A DNA stretch of 64,000 nucleotides from Chitinophagales bacterium (GTDB lineage Bacteria; Bacteroidota; Bacteroidia; Chitinophagales; UBA10324). This document shows positions 1-10,367 of this stretch, piece by piece. Positions within the stretch are counted from its first letter, which is position 1; each line of letters begins with the position of its first letter. The stretch lies in NCBI GenBank assembly GCA_038326325.1, contig JBBQJW010000008.1:13521-77520 (forward strand), given 5' to 3'. The position numbers were made by a program, and so were the translations under genes. Under the pieces are notes generated by a model, which was given only the letters and a program-made list of their open reading frames with translations, was not told the DNA's origin and made no database searches.

Positions 1-1
1 G

Positions 2-1444
2 AAGGAAAATAATATTTGGGTTGGGGGTAACAATGTAGGAATTGATTTCAACTCAGGAAGTCCTGTAGTTTTTGACAGAACCGATAACGACAGATTTTGG
101 AGAACCAATACCTCCATTTGTGACAAGGATGGAAACCTGCTTTTCTATTCCAATGGATACAGAGTTTACAATCGCCATTTTCAAATCATGCAGGGCGGTA
201 ATGATTTGAACATTGGTGATTATGAAAGTTGGGGTTATAACTTACTAAGTGTTGATGATGGCGCAGCAATTATTCCTATTCCCGGAGATTCAAATAAGTA
301 TTATCTCTTTCATACTGATTTGAATCTTATAAACTTTGATACATTTCAGAATCAGTTAATGCCCACACATTTATTCTATGATGTGATTGATATGAATTTA
401 GATGGAGGATTAGGGGGAATTGTTTCAGGGCAAAAGGATTTAATTATTCTTTCTGATACACTTACTCTTGATGGATTTAAAATAATTAAACATGCAAATG
501 GTAGAGATTACTGGCTCGTTACTCACGAGGCAGGCAACAAAAGTTACTTACGATTTCTGATTGATGTTAATGGAATTCAAGGTCCTTTTTCTCAAAAAGT
601 AGGTGTTACTCTTGATGGTTTAAAAGCTCTTGGATTGAGTCCATTAGTATTCAATTTAAATTGTTCAAGGGCAGCACAAATACTGTGTCAAAATGCAGCG
701 GTGACCCTGTTTGATTTTGACCGTTGTACAGGTGAATTCAGCAATGAAATGTATATTCCAGTAAGTGATACACTTTATTTTGTAACAGGCGGCGGAGCAT
801 TTTCTCCCTCAGGAAAATTTCTGTATGTAACTGCAAATTGGTTTAATTACATCTGGCAATTTGATTTAGACGCATCAAATATTTCGTTAAGTAAAATCTT
901 AATTGCAAAATATGATTCTGCTTTGAATCCGTTTCCTACAGATTTTTATATGCTCTGTAACGGACCAGATGACAAGATATATTGTTGCTCTTATGATGGA
1001 GATTATTCAATACATATAATCAATTATCCAGACAGTTTAGGAATTGCCTGTGGTTTTGTTGAGAATGGTTTTTCTATTAATCCTCCGGGTATGGGATGGG
1101 GAGGAACATTTCCCAATCAGGTTAATTATTCTCTTGCTGCTTTGCCTGGTGTTTGTGATACTTTAAATCAAGACACAACTATTTTACCTGTTCCCGAATT
1201 CACATGGGGAGTTTATCCCAATCCATTCACCAATGAATTTCAACTAAGTGTAACAGGGGCACAATCAGATGCGACTCTTATAGTTTATAATTTACTTGGT
1301 CAGCAATTGTTAAATCAAAAATTAAATATCAAAAATCAAATGGCAAATGCTGTCATTAATATGAGCACTCAACCTGCCGGAGTTTATATCATCGCTCTGA
1401 AAGTGAATGATAAAACTTTTAACAGGAAAATGGTGAAGCAATAA
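2..1444 (+). CDS. T9SS type A sorting domain protein with beta-propeller-like N-terminal region (5' partial)
   Basis: Frame is open from base 2 (KENNIWVGG...SICDKDGNLLFYSNG). C-terminus VYPNPF...YNLLGQ...GVYII...KMVKQ is a typical T9SS CTD. Confidence 0.85.
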   Translation, partial: KENNIWVGGNNVGIDFNSGSPVVFDRTDNDRFWRTNTSICDKDGNLLFYSNGYRVYNRHFQIMQGGNDLNIGDYESWGYNLLSVDDGAAIIPIPGDSNKYYLFHTDLNLINFDTFQNQLMPTHLFYDVIDMNLDGGLGGIVSGQKDLIILSDTLTLDGFKIIKHANGRDYWLVTHEAGNKSYLRFLIDVNGIQGPFSQKVGVTLDGLKALGLSPLVFNLNCSRAAQILCQNAAVTLFDFDRCTGEFSNEMYIPVSDTLYFVTGGGAFSPSGKFLYVTANWFNYIWQFDLDASNISLSKILIAKYDSALNPFPTDFYMLCNGPDDKIYCCSYDGDYSIHIINYPDSLGIACGFVENGFSINPPGMGWGGTFPNQVNYSLAALPGVCDTLNQDTTILPVPEFTWGVYPNPFTNEFQLSVTGAQSDATLIVYNLLGQQLLNQKLNIKNQMANAVINMSTQPAGVYIIALKVNDKTFNRKMVKQ

Positions 1445-1542
1445 AGAGATTTCTATTTATAAAACACTTCAATAATAATCGCTTTCGAATTTTCTTTCAG
1501 AAGATATTCTCCGAGAACTTTAAATTCATTGTTGTTGAATCT

Positions 1543-2391
1543 CTATTTTCCGAAATGATTTTTTAAATACTCAATTGCAAAAATATCAGCATATGCAGCC
1601 ATCGTATAATTATAATGCGGATTACTTGGGTTGGCAAAAGCATGATCAGCATTATAACTTTTCACTGTTAAAGTTTTCCCTGCCTTCTTCATATTTGCCT
1701 CAAACTGACTCACTACTTCCGGAGTAATCCACTTATCCTGTGTTCCGAAAAAGCCAATCACATCCGTGTGTAGTTGTTTCAATTTATTTACATCAGTAAT
1801 CGGCATCCCATAATACATCACACAACCAGCTGCTTGTGTTCCAGCAAATAATGTGGCTCGCAATGATAACCCACCACCAAAACACCAGCCGAGCGTACAG
1901 ATTCTTGCTTCCTTTCCAACATATTTTATGGCACCATAAATAATAGTATCCAACCGACCATCTGTAACACTGTTTGTTAACAAAGAAGCGGTATCAGCAT
2001 TCGCAGTCATTTTCCCATCATACAAATCAATGGCAACCACATTCACATTGCCAATAGCTTTTTGCAATTCATCAGCCCGTTGCTTTATGTAATCATTCAA
2101 TCCCCACCATTCATGAAAAACGAAAAGATAATTGTTAGTAGGTGTAACACTCATCACCTCATAAGCTCCTGCAGTTTTTCCATCCGCAGTTGGAAACGAA
2201 ATCATTTTTCCTGCAGCGTTGGTATAATTAAAAGGCAATGGGCTTTCATGTGCTGCAATAAAAGCAGGGTCGCTTACGAAAGCCATAATTGAATTTTCGG
2301 AAGAACCGATGGAACAACAGGACTTTTGCGCAACTACAAAAAACGGAAACGCGAGTATTAAAATCGGGATAAAGAAGAGTTTTGTTTTCAT
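1543..2391 (-). CDS. dienelactone hydrolase family protein with signal peptide
   Basis: HEWWGLND, GWCFGG nucleophile elbow and HAFANPS motifs; likely start MKTK at 2391. Confidence 0.9.
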   Translation of the reverse strand: MKTKLFFIPILILAFPFFVVAQKSCCSIGSSENSIMAFVSDPAFIAAHESPLPFNYTNAAGKMISFPTADGKTAGAYEVMSVTPTNNYLFVFHEWWGLNDYIKQRADELQKAIGNVNVVAIDLYDGKMTANADTASLLTNSVTDGRLDTIIYGAIKYVGKEARICTLGWCFGGGLSLRATLFAGTQAAGCVMYYGMPITDVNKLKQLHTDVIGFFGTQDKWITPEVVSQFEANMKKAGKTLTVKSYNADHAFANPSNPHYNYTMAAYADIFAIEYLKNHFGK

Positions 2392-2560
2392 AAAATGGTT
2401 TTTGAAGTTTAACAAAGAAGCATCAGTTTAGTTTAATTTCAAAAGTTCTTATGAATTCATTTTTAAAATGAATTCGAATCTTAGCGCAATCAGATATTTG
2501 CAGGTAATTACACCCGAAAACAATCTTTTCTTCGCCACTTGGTAAAATGAATCAGATGTT

Positions 2561-2568
2561 TACCTTTG
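2561..2568 (+). promoter_or_regulatory. Bacteroidota sigma-A -7 element upstream of rpsH
   Basis: TACCTTTG matches TAnnTTTG, with a TTG about 20 nt upstream. Confidence 0.7.
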
Positions 2569-2599
2569 CCATCCCAAAAAAATTAACGCTTTTCTATTT

Positions 2600-3001
2600 A
2601 TGGTAACAGATCCGATAGCCGACTACTTAACCCGTGTGCGCAATGCGCAACATGCGAACCATCGCATTGTAGAAATTCCGGCTTCGAATTTAAAGAAGAG
2701 GATTACCGAAATTCTTTACGAAAAAGGATACATTCTCAAGTATAAATTCGACGATGCAAAAGGGCCTCAGGGCACCATCATGATTGCATTAAAATACAAT
2801 CCTGAAACTAAATTACCTGCTATCCGCAAAATCTGGAGAGTGAGCCGTCCTGGATTACGCAAGTACTCCGGCAGCGATTCATTACCACGCACTTTAAATG
2901 GTTTAGGAATAGTAGTGGTAAGCACACCGAAAGGAGTGATGACCGAGAAAGAAGCGCGCGCACAAAAAGTGGGTGGCGAAATTTTATTTAAAGTTAATTA
3001 A
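2600..3001 (+). CDS. rpsH: 30S ribosomal protein S8
   Basis: TDPIADYLTRVRNA...SRPGLRKY...GGE. Confidence 0.98.
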   Translation: MVTDPIADYLTRVRNAQHANHRIVEIPASNLKKRITEILYEKGYILKYKFDDAKGPQGTIMIALKYNPETKLPAIRKIWRVSRPGLRKYSGSDSLPRTLNGLGIVVVSTPKGVMTEKEARAQKVGGEILFKVN

Positions 3002-3023
3002 GAGCAAAAGAGAAAGATAGATT

Positions 3024-3584
3024 ATGTCACGAATAGGAAAAATGCCGGTTGCCGTTGTTAAAGGTGTAACAGTCAATGTTGCTTCTAACAATGTAGTAAC
3101 TGTTAAAGGACCAAAAGGTGAATTGAAACAAAAGGTAGATGCCGACATCACCGTTAAAATGGATGGCGACAACATCATTCTCGAAAGACCTACTGAACAA
3201 AAGCGTCATAAAGCAATGCATGGTTTATATCGTGCCTTGTTGAATAATATGGTGACAGGAGTTGCTACCGGATATTCTAAGAAATTAGAAATGGTGGGTG
3301 TCGGTTTCCGTGCGACTGTTACAGGTCAGATGCTGGAGTTGAGTGTTGGTTTTTCTCACCCGGTTTTGTTCATGGTGCCTAAAGAAATTAAAATATCTGC
3401 GGAACAACTCAAAGGACAAAACCCAATGATCACTATGGAATCAGCCGATAAGCAATTGCTTGGACAGTTGGCTGCAAAAATTCGCGATGTTCGTCGCCCT
3501 GAACCTTACAAAGGAAAAGGTATCAAGTACACAACTGAAATTCTTCGTCGCAAAGCAGGTAAATCTGCAGCGAGCGCTAAATAA
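3024..3584 (+). CDS. rplF: 50S ribosomal protein L6
   Basis: MSRIGK...PEPYKGKGIKY. Confidence 0.98.
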   Translation: MSRIGKMPVAVVKGVTVNVASNNVVTVKGPKGELKQKVDADITVKMDGDNIILERPTEQKRHKAMHGLYRALLNNMVTGVATGYSKKLEMVGVGFRATVTGQMLELSVGFSHPVLFMVPKEIKISAEQLKGQNPMITMESADKQLLGQLAAKIRDVRRPEPYKGKGIKYTTEILRRKAGKSAASAK

Positions 3585-3611
3585 ATTTTTAAGTAAGAAA
3601 TTAATACTACA

Positions 3612-3959
3612 ATGTCAACTACATCAATTCGCCGCTTCAAAATTCATAAAAGAATTCGCAAAACAATTCAGGGAACAGCTGAGCGTCCACGCATCAGTGT
3701 TTACCGTAGTAACAGCGAAATCTATGCACAGTTAATTAACGATGAAGCTGGTCATACTTTATTATCCGCATCGTCACGCGATATGAAAGATATTACCGGA
3801 ACCAAGATTGAAAAATCAAAACAAGTAGGTGTTGCATTAGCTAAAATGGCTGCTGAAAAAGGAATTACAACTGCAGTTTTTGACCGCAGTGGTTTTCTTT
3901 ATCACGGTCGTGTTAAGGCAATTGCTGAAGGTGCGAGAGAAGGTGGATTACAATTTTAA
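3612..3959 (+). CDS. rplR: 50S ribosomal protein L18
   Basis: [10 protein letters not shown]...[12 protein letters not shown]...AREGGLQF. Confidence 0.98.
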   Translation: MSTTSIRRFKIHKRIRKTIQGTAERPRISVYRSNSEIYAQLINDEAGHTLLSASSRDMKDITGTKIEKSKQVGVALAKMAAEKGITTAVFDRSGFLYHGRVKAIAEGAREGGLQF

Positions 3960-3976
3960 ATTATAGCTACACGAAA

Positions 3977-4501
3977 ATGTCTCAATCAACAATACAACGG
4001 GTTAAAGCAAGTGAACTCGATTTAAAAGAAAAAGTGGTAAGCATCAATCGCGTTACTAAAACTACTAAAGGTGGTCGCACATTCAGTTTCTCTGCACTTG
4101 TTGTAGTTGGAGATTCAAACGGAATTGTTGGTCATGGTTTGGGTAAAGCGCGTGAAGTGCAGGAAGCCATTACCAAAGGAATTGACGACGCAAAAAAGAA
4201 TCTCGTTAAAGTTCCAATTCTGAAAGGAACTATTCCTCATGAGCAAATTTCAAAATTCGGTGCTTCAAAAGTTTGGGTTAAACCAGCTTCTCACGGAACA
4301 GGTGTTATTGCAGGTGGTGCAATGCGTGCAGTGTTGGAGAGTGCAGGTGTAACAGATGTGTTGGCAAAATCATTGGGTTCATCAAACCCGCACAATGTTG
4401 TTAAGGCAACTATTAAAGCTTTGACTGATTTGCGTGACCCTGTTTCAGTGGCAATGACTCGTGGCATTACTTTGAAAAAAGTATTTAACGGAAGTAACTG
4501 A
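3977..4501 (+). CDS. rpsE: 30S ribosomal protein S5
   Basis: [12 protein letters not shown]...GTGVIAGG...SLGSSNPHN. Confidence 0.98.
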   Translation: MSQSTIQRVKASELDLKEKVVSINRVTKTTKGGRTFSFSALVVVGDSNGIVGHGLGKAREVQEAITKGIDDAKKNLVKVPILKGTIPHEQISKFGASKVWVKPASHGTGVIAGGAMRAVLESAGVTDVLAKSLGSSNPHNVVKATIKALTDLRDPVSVAMTRGITLKKVFNGSN

Positions 4502-4579
4502 TTTGATAATTTAATGATTTGGAAATTTGATAATGAAATTTCTTACTAAATAGGAAGAAGATTATAAAGAAAAACAGCA

Positions 4580-4765
4580 ATGGCAAAGATTAAAATAACA
4601 CAGTTTAAAAGTGCAATTGATCGCACTGATCGTCAGAAGCGAACTATAAAAGCTTTAGGTATTACACGATTACATGCACCTGTTACTAAGGAAGGAACTC
4701 CTCAGATTTTGGGTATGGTGAAGAAGGTAAGTCACCTCGTAAAGGTGGAAACAGTTAACGCATAG
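4580..4765 (+). CDS. rpmD: 50S ribosomal protein L30
   Basis: [10 protein letters not shown]...[10 protein letters not shown]; syntenic position. Confidence 0.97.
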   Translation: MAKIKITQFKSAIDRTDRQKRTIKALGITRLHAPVTKEGTPQILGMVKKVSHLVKVETVNA

Positions 4766-4791
4766 TATTTAAAAGATTAATTCAGGAAGCA

Positions 4792-5247
4792 ATGAATTTA
4801 CATACATTAAAACCCGCAGAAGGTTCTACAAAAAATAAGAAGCGTATTGGTCGCGGACAAGGTAGTGGTCATGGTGGAACATCTACACGCGGTATGAATG
4901 GCGCTGGTTCCCGTTCAGGTGCAAAAAGCAAGAGAGGTTTCGAAGGAGGTCAAATGCCTTTGCAGCGTCGGGTTCCTAAGTACGGTTTCACAAATCCATT
5001 CCGTATTGAGTTTGCTGAATTCAATTTAGATGCATTGCAACTGTTGGTTACAAAACATAAATTGAAAGAAGTGAATTTTGAAGTATTCAAAAAAATAGGA
5101 TTAGTTCAGCGCAATGAACCAATTAAAATTTTAGGTCGTGGTGAATTAACTGCTAAACTAAATATCACAGTAAACGCAGCAAGTGCTAAAGCAAAAATTG
5201 CTATAGAAAATGCTGGTGGCACCTTAACTCTTTTAGAAAAGAAATAA
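4792..5247 (+). CDS. rplO: 50S ribosomal protein L15
   Basis: RIGRGQGSG...[15 protein letters not shown]. Confidence 0.98.
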   Translation: MNLHTLKPAEGSTKNKKRIGRGQGSGHGGTSTRGMNGAGSRSGAKSKRGFEGGQMPLQRRVPKYGFTNPFRIEFAEFNLDALQLLVTKHKLKEVNFEVFKKIGLVQRNEPIKILGRGELTAKLNITVNAASAKAKIAIENAGGTLTLLEKK

Positions 5248-5265
5248 TTTTCAACAATAAATCTG

Positions 5266-5303
5266 ATGCCCCGGTCATAGTAAAACAGATCGGGGCATTT
5301 TTA
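5266..5303 (+). terminator. intrinsic terminator between rplO and secY
   Basis: ATGCCCCGGTC...GATCGGGGCAT stem followed by a T-tract. Confidence 0.75.
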
Positions 5304-5348
5304 TGTAAAGAAGAATGACAACTTCCTTGCAGATACTTAAATTAAAAT

Positions 5349-5356
5349 TACATTTG
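5349..5356 (+). promoter_or_regulatory. -7 element upstream of secY
   Basis: TACATTTG, with TTG (CTTGCA) about 20 nt upstream. Confidence 0.7.
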
Positions 5357-5382
5357 CTTCCCTTTCAGAAAGCTGAATAAAC

Positions 5383-6714
5383 ATGAATCATTTCATTCAA
5401 ACAATTAGAAATATCTGGAGAATAGAAGACCTGCGGTTTCGTATTCTCATGACACTTGGTTTAGTAGCCGTTTATCGTGTTGGTTCTTATATCGTTTTAC
5501 CTGGAATTGATGGTGCGCAATTGCATCAGTTGCAGGACCAGGGCGGAAAGGGAATCTTTGGTTTGGTAAATATTTTCGCAGGAGGAGCATTTACACGCGC
5601 TTCCATTTTTGCATTGGGAATTATGCCTTACATCTCTGCATCTATAGTTATGCAATTGTTGGGAATGGCAATTCCTGCTGTACAAAAATTACAGAAAGAT
5701 GAAAGCGGTCGTCGTACTGTTAATCAGTACACTCGTTTGTTAACTGTTGTTGTTACAGCATTACAGGCATCTGCTTATGTTGTTTATATAAAAAGTCTTG
5801 GAGCTCAAATTTTAATCAGTCCTGGTTTATTCTGGTTTACTACGCTGGTAACACTTACTGCAGGAACAATTTTCGTAATGTGGTTGGGAGAAAAAATTAC
5901 TGATAAAGGAATCGGAAACGGTATTTCTCTTTTAATCATGGTTGGAATTCTTGCTCGTTTACCTTTTGCAATAGCAGCAGAATTTTCTTCGCGCATGACC
6001 GGTGGTAATGGTGGATTGGTTTCTTTCATTGGAGAAATCGCTGCGTTGGTTGGTGTAATTATCCTTGTGATTCTTTTAGTTCAGGGAACAAGAAAGATTC
6101 CTGTTCAGTATGCAAAGCGTATTGTTGGAAATAAACAATACGGTGGAGTTCGTCAGTACATTCCCTTGAAAGTTAATGCTGCGGGTGTAATGCCTATCAT
6201 TTTTGCACAGGCGTTGATGTTTATCCCTGCAACTATTTCACAGTTCTTTCCTGATTCAGCGGCAAGCAAAGGAGGTAGTATTTTTACTGATCACACAAGT
6301 TTCTGGTACAATGTCATTTTCAGTATTCTCATAGTAGTGTTCACTTATTTCTATACTGCTTTGATTGTAAATCCTGTTCAGATGGCTGATGATATGAAGC
6401 GCAATGGCGGATTCATTCCGGGAATAAAACCGGGAAAGAAGACTGCAGATTTCATTGATGGTATAATGAGCAGAATAACATTACCAGGTTCATTCTTCCT
6501 TGCTTTGGTTGCTATACTTCCAGCCTTTGCAGCCATGTTCGGAATAATCAGTGACTTCGGTAATTTCTACGGAGGAACTTCATTGCTGATTATGGTTGGA
6601 GTTATTTTAGATACACTTCAGCAAATTGAAAGTCACTTGCTCATGCGTCACTACGATGGCTTAATGAAGTCTGGTAGAATTAAAGGCCGCACACAAGCTG
6701 CAGCCGCTTACTAA
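5383..6714 (+). CDS. secY: preprotein translocase SecY
   Basis: SIFALGIMPYISASI, GIGNGISL and GGTSLLI motifs. Confidence 0.98.
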   Translation: MNHFIQTIRNIWRIEDLRFRILMTLGLVAVYRVGSYIVLPGIDGAQLHQLQDQGGKGIFGLVNIFAGGAFTRASIFALGIMPYISASIVMQLLGMAIPAVQKLQKDESGRRTVNQYTRLLTVVVTALQASAYVVYIKSLGAQILISPGLFWFTTLVTLTAGTIFVMWLGEKITDKGIGNGISLLIMVGILARLPFAIAAEFSSRMTGGNGGLVSFIGEIAALVGVIILVILLVQGTRKIPVQYAKRIVGNKQYGGVRQYIPLKVNAAGVMPIIFAQALMFIPATISQFFPDSAASKGGSIFTDHTSFWYNVIFSILIVVFTYFYTALIVNPVQMADDMKRNGGFIPGIKPGKKTADFIDGIMSRITLPGSFFLALVAILPAFAAMFGIISDFGNFYGGTSLLIMVGVILDTLQQIESHLLMRHYDGLMKSGRIKGRTQAAAAY

Positions 6715-6726
6715 ACTGTTACACTC

Positions 6727-7512
6727 ATGATTTATTATAAAACCGATGAAGAGATTAGTCTGATTCGGGAGAGTTGTATCCTCGTTTCAAAAACATTAGC
6801 CGAAGTTGGCCAACATATTCAACCAGGTGTAACAACACAGTATTTGGATGAAATAGCTGAGACATTTATTCGAGATCATCACGCAACACCTGCATTCAAA
6901 GGGTATAGAGATTTTCCTGCTTCATTGTGTTTATCAGTTAATGAAGAAGTGGTTCATGGTATTCCATCATCAAACAGAATATTAAAAGAAGGTGATATTA
7001 TTTCTGTTGATTGCGGAACTGTTTTGAACGGTTTTGTCGGCGACAGTGCTTATACTTTTGCTGTTGGCGAAATTGATGAAGCAACTAAAAGATTATTGAC
7101 TGTTACACAAGAATGTTTGGCACTTGGAGTTGAAAAGGCAAAATATGGCAACCGAATCGGCGATATTTCATTTGCCGTACAAGACCATGCTGAGAAAAAT
7201 GGATATGGTGTGGTGCGCGAATTAGTCGGGCACGGTGTAGGAAAAAAATTACATGAAGACCCTGAAGTACCCAACTTCGGACGAAGAGGATCAGGACCCA
7301 AATTGCTTCCAGGTTTGGTAATAGCTATTGAACCCATGATTAATATGGGAAAGAAAAATGTAACAGAAGCTGATGATAAGTGGACGGTGTATGCCACCGA
7401 CAGAAAACCCTCTGCCCACTTCGAGCATACTGTTGTTGTGTTAAAAGACAGAACAGAAATGCTGACTACTTTTAAATTTATAGAAGAGAAGTTGAAGGCA
7501 GTAACAGTTTAA
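6727..7512 (+). CDS. map: type I methionine aminopeptidase
   Basis: VVHGIP, GDSAYT, GHGVG, AIEPM and SAHFEHT motifs. Confidence 0.97.
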   Translation: MIYYKTDEEISLIRESCILVSKTLAEVGQHIQPGVTTQYLDEIAETFIRDHHATPAFKGYRDFPASLCLSVNEEVVHGIPSSNRILKEGDIISVDCGTVLNGFVGDSAYTFAVGEIDEATKRLLTVTQECLALGVEKAKYGNRIGDISFAVQDHAEKNGYGVVRELVGHGVGKKLHEDPEVPNFGRRGSGPKLLPGLVIAIEPMINMGKKNVTEADDKWTVYATDRKPSAHFEHTVVVLKDRTEMLTTFKFIEEKLKAVTV

Positions 7513-7775
7513 TGATAGCCGTTATTATATCAGAAGTGGATTACCAACCGATAAACTGCTCATTTTACGATTTACTTGAAGAAGCAGCGACACTGCAAAA
7601 AAGAGTTTTAATTAAATATTTTTCAGACGATAAATTGATGGAAGAAATTGATTCAATAAAAAATCTGTATATCGAATCAAAGCAGGAATTTATGATTTTG
7701 GGTGCAGGGAAAATTATTCGGCTCGATAAAATAATTTCAATTGACGGAGTTGAATTGAAAAATTTTCATCCATAA
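7512..7775 (+). CDS. Rho-binding antiterminator (Rof/YaeO-like)
   Basis: YQPINCSFYDLLE...IRLDKI resembles the Rof family; start overlaps the map stop. Confidence 0.7.
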   Translation: MIAVIISEVDYQPINCSFYDLLEEAATLQKRVLIKYFSDDKLMEEIDSIKNLYIESKQEFMILGAGKIIRLDKIISIDGVELKNFHP

Positions 7776-7806
7776 AAAAAGCCGCTCTGAAAAAATCAGA
7801 ACGGCT
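7774..7806. terminator. terminator between convergent genes
   Basis: A7-GCCGCTCTGA...TCAGAACGGCT; U-tract lies on the minus strand. Confidence 0.65.
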
Positions 7807-7833
7807 GAATCATAAAGTATAGTACTGTTACAC

Positions 7834-8775
7834 TTAAAATTTATAAGCCAACCCAACACCAATCACATCCTTCACTTGCGTGCGCTTACCTGTTGCGGTT
7901 TGGGTTTTCACTCCGTTCACATCGGAATATAATGGAATGAGCACATCATCATCATACACTACATTAACTGAAATGCTTGCTGAAAGAAATTTATTCACTT
8001 TCAAAGTTAAGAGTCCTTCAAAGTTCACATCAATGTTTCCACGCTTGGTGGCATCGGCATTTGCGTAGTTGTCGAACAGATTTAATTTGGCAAGAAGATT
8101 TACATTCTTGAAAATATCTTTTTGAAACTTCGAATTGAGTGACGCACCAAATTCAGCGCGCGATTTTTTTCCATGAGTAATTAATGTTCCGGTTGAATCA
8201 TAAGTTGCTGGTTTATTTCCATACAAGCCGGCATCAGCAATATCCCGATCATTTACAAAAGTGAACTTACCTGTGGCAGGAGAGAGGAACACTGAAAAAT
8301 AATCTGTTGGTTTGTAATCCATTCCGACTGCAACGGTGAGATAGGCAGGCGCGAGAAATTTTGAAATGGCATTTGTATCGTCGGGATAATTGTAGCCGGG
8401 AGCAAACTGCGATTTGAAATTCAACATGCTACTGTAAAAGAATTTTCCGGTTGCCAATCGTCCGTACTTCGAATTCAACTCTATCTTATCATTACTCTTT
8501 CGCATCGGATTATCAGCAAGTTTTACCAATCCATACCCGAGGTCAATTGAGTTTTCCCAGTTTGTTTTTTCTACTTTATAATTTTCAAAAAAATTGAGCA
8601 TCCCATTTATTGCCAATGAGTTTTCACCGCCACCGGCCCAATTATTATATTGAGTTTGGGATAAATTGATTGAAATAAAACCTCCCTTCTTCCAACTTGT
8701 ATCTGTAACAGTTTGTGCTGAAACCAAAAGTGAAAAGTGAAAAGAGAAAAGTGATAGGAGAAAAAGTTTACGCAT
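7834..8775 (-). CDS. DUF3078-like outer membrane beta-barrel protein
   Basis: Signal peptide; WKKGG...NWAGGGEN...FKSQFAPGY; C-terminal YKF. Confidence 0.85.
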   Translation of the reverse strand: MRKLFLLSLFSFHFSLLVSAQTVTDTSWKKGGFISINLSQTQYNNWAGGGENSLAINGMLNFFENYKVEKTNWENSIDLGYGLVKLADNPMRKSNDKIELNSKYGRLATGKFFYSSMLNFKSQFAPGYNYPDDTNAISKFLAPAYLTVAVGMDYKPTDYFSVFLSPATGKFTFVNDRDIADAGLYGNKPATYDSTGTLITHGKKSRAEFGASLNSKFQKDIFKNVNLLAKLNLFDNYANADATKRGNIDVNFEGLLTLKVNKFLSASISVNVVYDDDVLIPLYSDVNGVKTQTATGKRTQVKDVIGVGLAYKF

Positions 8776-8802
8776 GAATTTGTTTTTAGAGGGGGCAAAT
8801 AA

Positions 8803-8839
8803 AATCCCTCCTGCTGTATCAAACAATTCAGGAGGGATT
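8803..8839 (-). terminator. terminator downstream of mscL
   Basis: AATCCCTCCTG/CAGGAGGGATT inverted repeat. Confidence 0.65.
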
Positions 8840-8857
8840 AAAAAAAATTATTTAAAA

Positions 8858-9256
8858 TTATTTTTTCAGCGAATCGCGTATTTCCATCAGCAACAACTGA
8901 TCGGTAGTTGGAGCAGGTGGTGCTGCGGGTGCCAGTGCCTCTTTTTTCTTCGATGCATTTAATGCTTTAATCACCATGAATACTGCAAATGCAACAATTA
9001 CAAAGTCGAGCACCACAGTTAAGAATGTACCGTACATGATTGCAACCTCTGGTTGGTCACCAACAGCAGCTTTCAGCACATATCGCATTTTAGAAAAGTC
9101 TTGTCCGCTTGTAAGTAAACCTATAACAGGCATTACCATTCCATCAACAAAAGCAGATACAATTTTTCCGAAAGCAGCACCCATTACAAATGCTACTGCG
9201 GTGTCAACAAGGCTTCCGCGCATCGCGAAATCCTTAAATTCTTTCATCATTCCCAT
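8858..9256 (-). CDS. mscL: large-conductance mechanosensitive channel
   Basis: KEFKDFAMRG...GAAFGKIV...LLMEIRD. Confidence 0.95.
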   Translation of the reverse strand: MGMMKEFKDFAMRGSLVDTAVAFVMGAAFGKIVSAFVDGMVMPVIGLLTSGQDFSKMRYVLKAAVGDQPEVAIMYGTFLTVVLDFVIVAFAVFMVIKALNASKKKEALAPAAPPAPTTDQLLLMEIRDSLKK

Positions 9257-9421
9257 AGTGGTTGTTTTTTGTGTGCGAAAAATAAACACAATTTTTATTT
9301 CAGTAAGTATAAAAGATATTCAAGAAACAATTTCTTTGATTTCGATAAATTAATTTCACATCAGATTCTTTCATGAAACATTTCTTTCCATCATTCAAAC
9401 AGTAAAAAATAATTTTTCAAG

Positions 9422-10282
9422 ATGATTAAAAAAATTATTCTCTTTTCGTTTTTCATTTTTAGTTTTTCATTCAGCCAGGCTCAGCACTATTTTAATATTT
9501 CACTTTTGGGTGGAATACCACAAGCTTCGTTTGCACAAAACACAGATGATTTTCATTTAGGTCTCGGCCTTGATTTAATGTTCAAGGTCAATCCTGATTT
9601 CCCGTTTTACCTCGGCATTGGTTATAACTACAATGCGATGGGAAGTAAAAACCAGATTATTGAAAACGATTTGCAGGTAATGGCAGGCACAACTTTAATC
9701 ACAACCATTCCTGTTAAACTCGGTGTAACAACCAACAACGGATTATCAAATTGGATATTTAAAACGCGATTTGTTTTCCCGACCGATTATGTGCATCCTT
9801 ATGTGCAGGCATCAGGCGGCCTAAATTATTTATCGACCAATACCACTGTTACAGATGAAACTGAAAAACATTTTTTCACTGCGGACCATCCCGACGACAA
9901 TACCATCACTTCGAAAAAAGCAATCAGCGATTTAACTTATGCTTATGGCGGCGGCGCGGGTTTATTGATTGATGCCGGAAGCGGTTGCATTGAACTTGGA
10001 GTTGATTATATGTGGGGCGGACTCGCTACTTATTTTAACAAAGACCAGATAAAGGACTGGACTGTTACATTCAGTGGCGCTTCGGGCAGTTTCGATCCGA
10101 ACAACCCGAAAGATGTTGACCTGTCAAATGCTTCTGCAACTCCTTATGAGTCTTATACTGATTTAATTTATGCGCACATCGGTTACACTTTCAAATTCGG
10201 CAAGCAGCCGAAAAAGAAAACTGTTACACATCATCCAGCACCTCCGGTGCATCACAATCCGCCGCCTAAAAAGAAGCACTGA
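9422..10282 (+). CDS. secreted/outer membrane beta-barrel-like protein with His/Pro/Lys-rich tail
   Basis: Signal peptide, amphipathic strands, GYTFKF followed by HHPAPPVHHNPPPKKKH. Confidence 0.7.
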   Translation: MIKKIILFSFFIFSFSFSQAQHYFNISLLGGIPQASFAQNTDDFHLGLGLDLMFKVNPDFPFYLGIGYNYNAMGSKNQIIENDLQVMAGTTLITTIPVKLGVTTNNGLSNWIFKTRFVFPTDYVHPYVQASGGLNYLSTNTTVTDETEKHFFTADHPDDNTITSKKAISDLTYAYGGGAGLLIDAGSGCIELGVDYMWGGLATYFNKDQIKDWTVTFSGASGSFDPNNPKDVDLSNASATPYESYTDLIYAHIGYTFKFGKQPKKKTVTHHPAPPVHHNPPPKKKH

Positions 10283-10367
10283 TATTTTATTGGTGGAAAG
10301 AATGATGCTGGCCGAACTGTAACAGTTATGGTTTTGTGTTGGCATACTATTTTCTGAATTGTAACAG

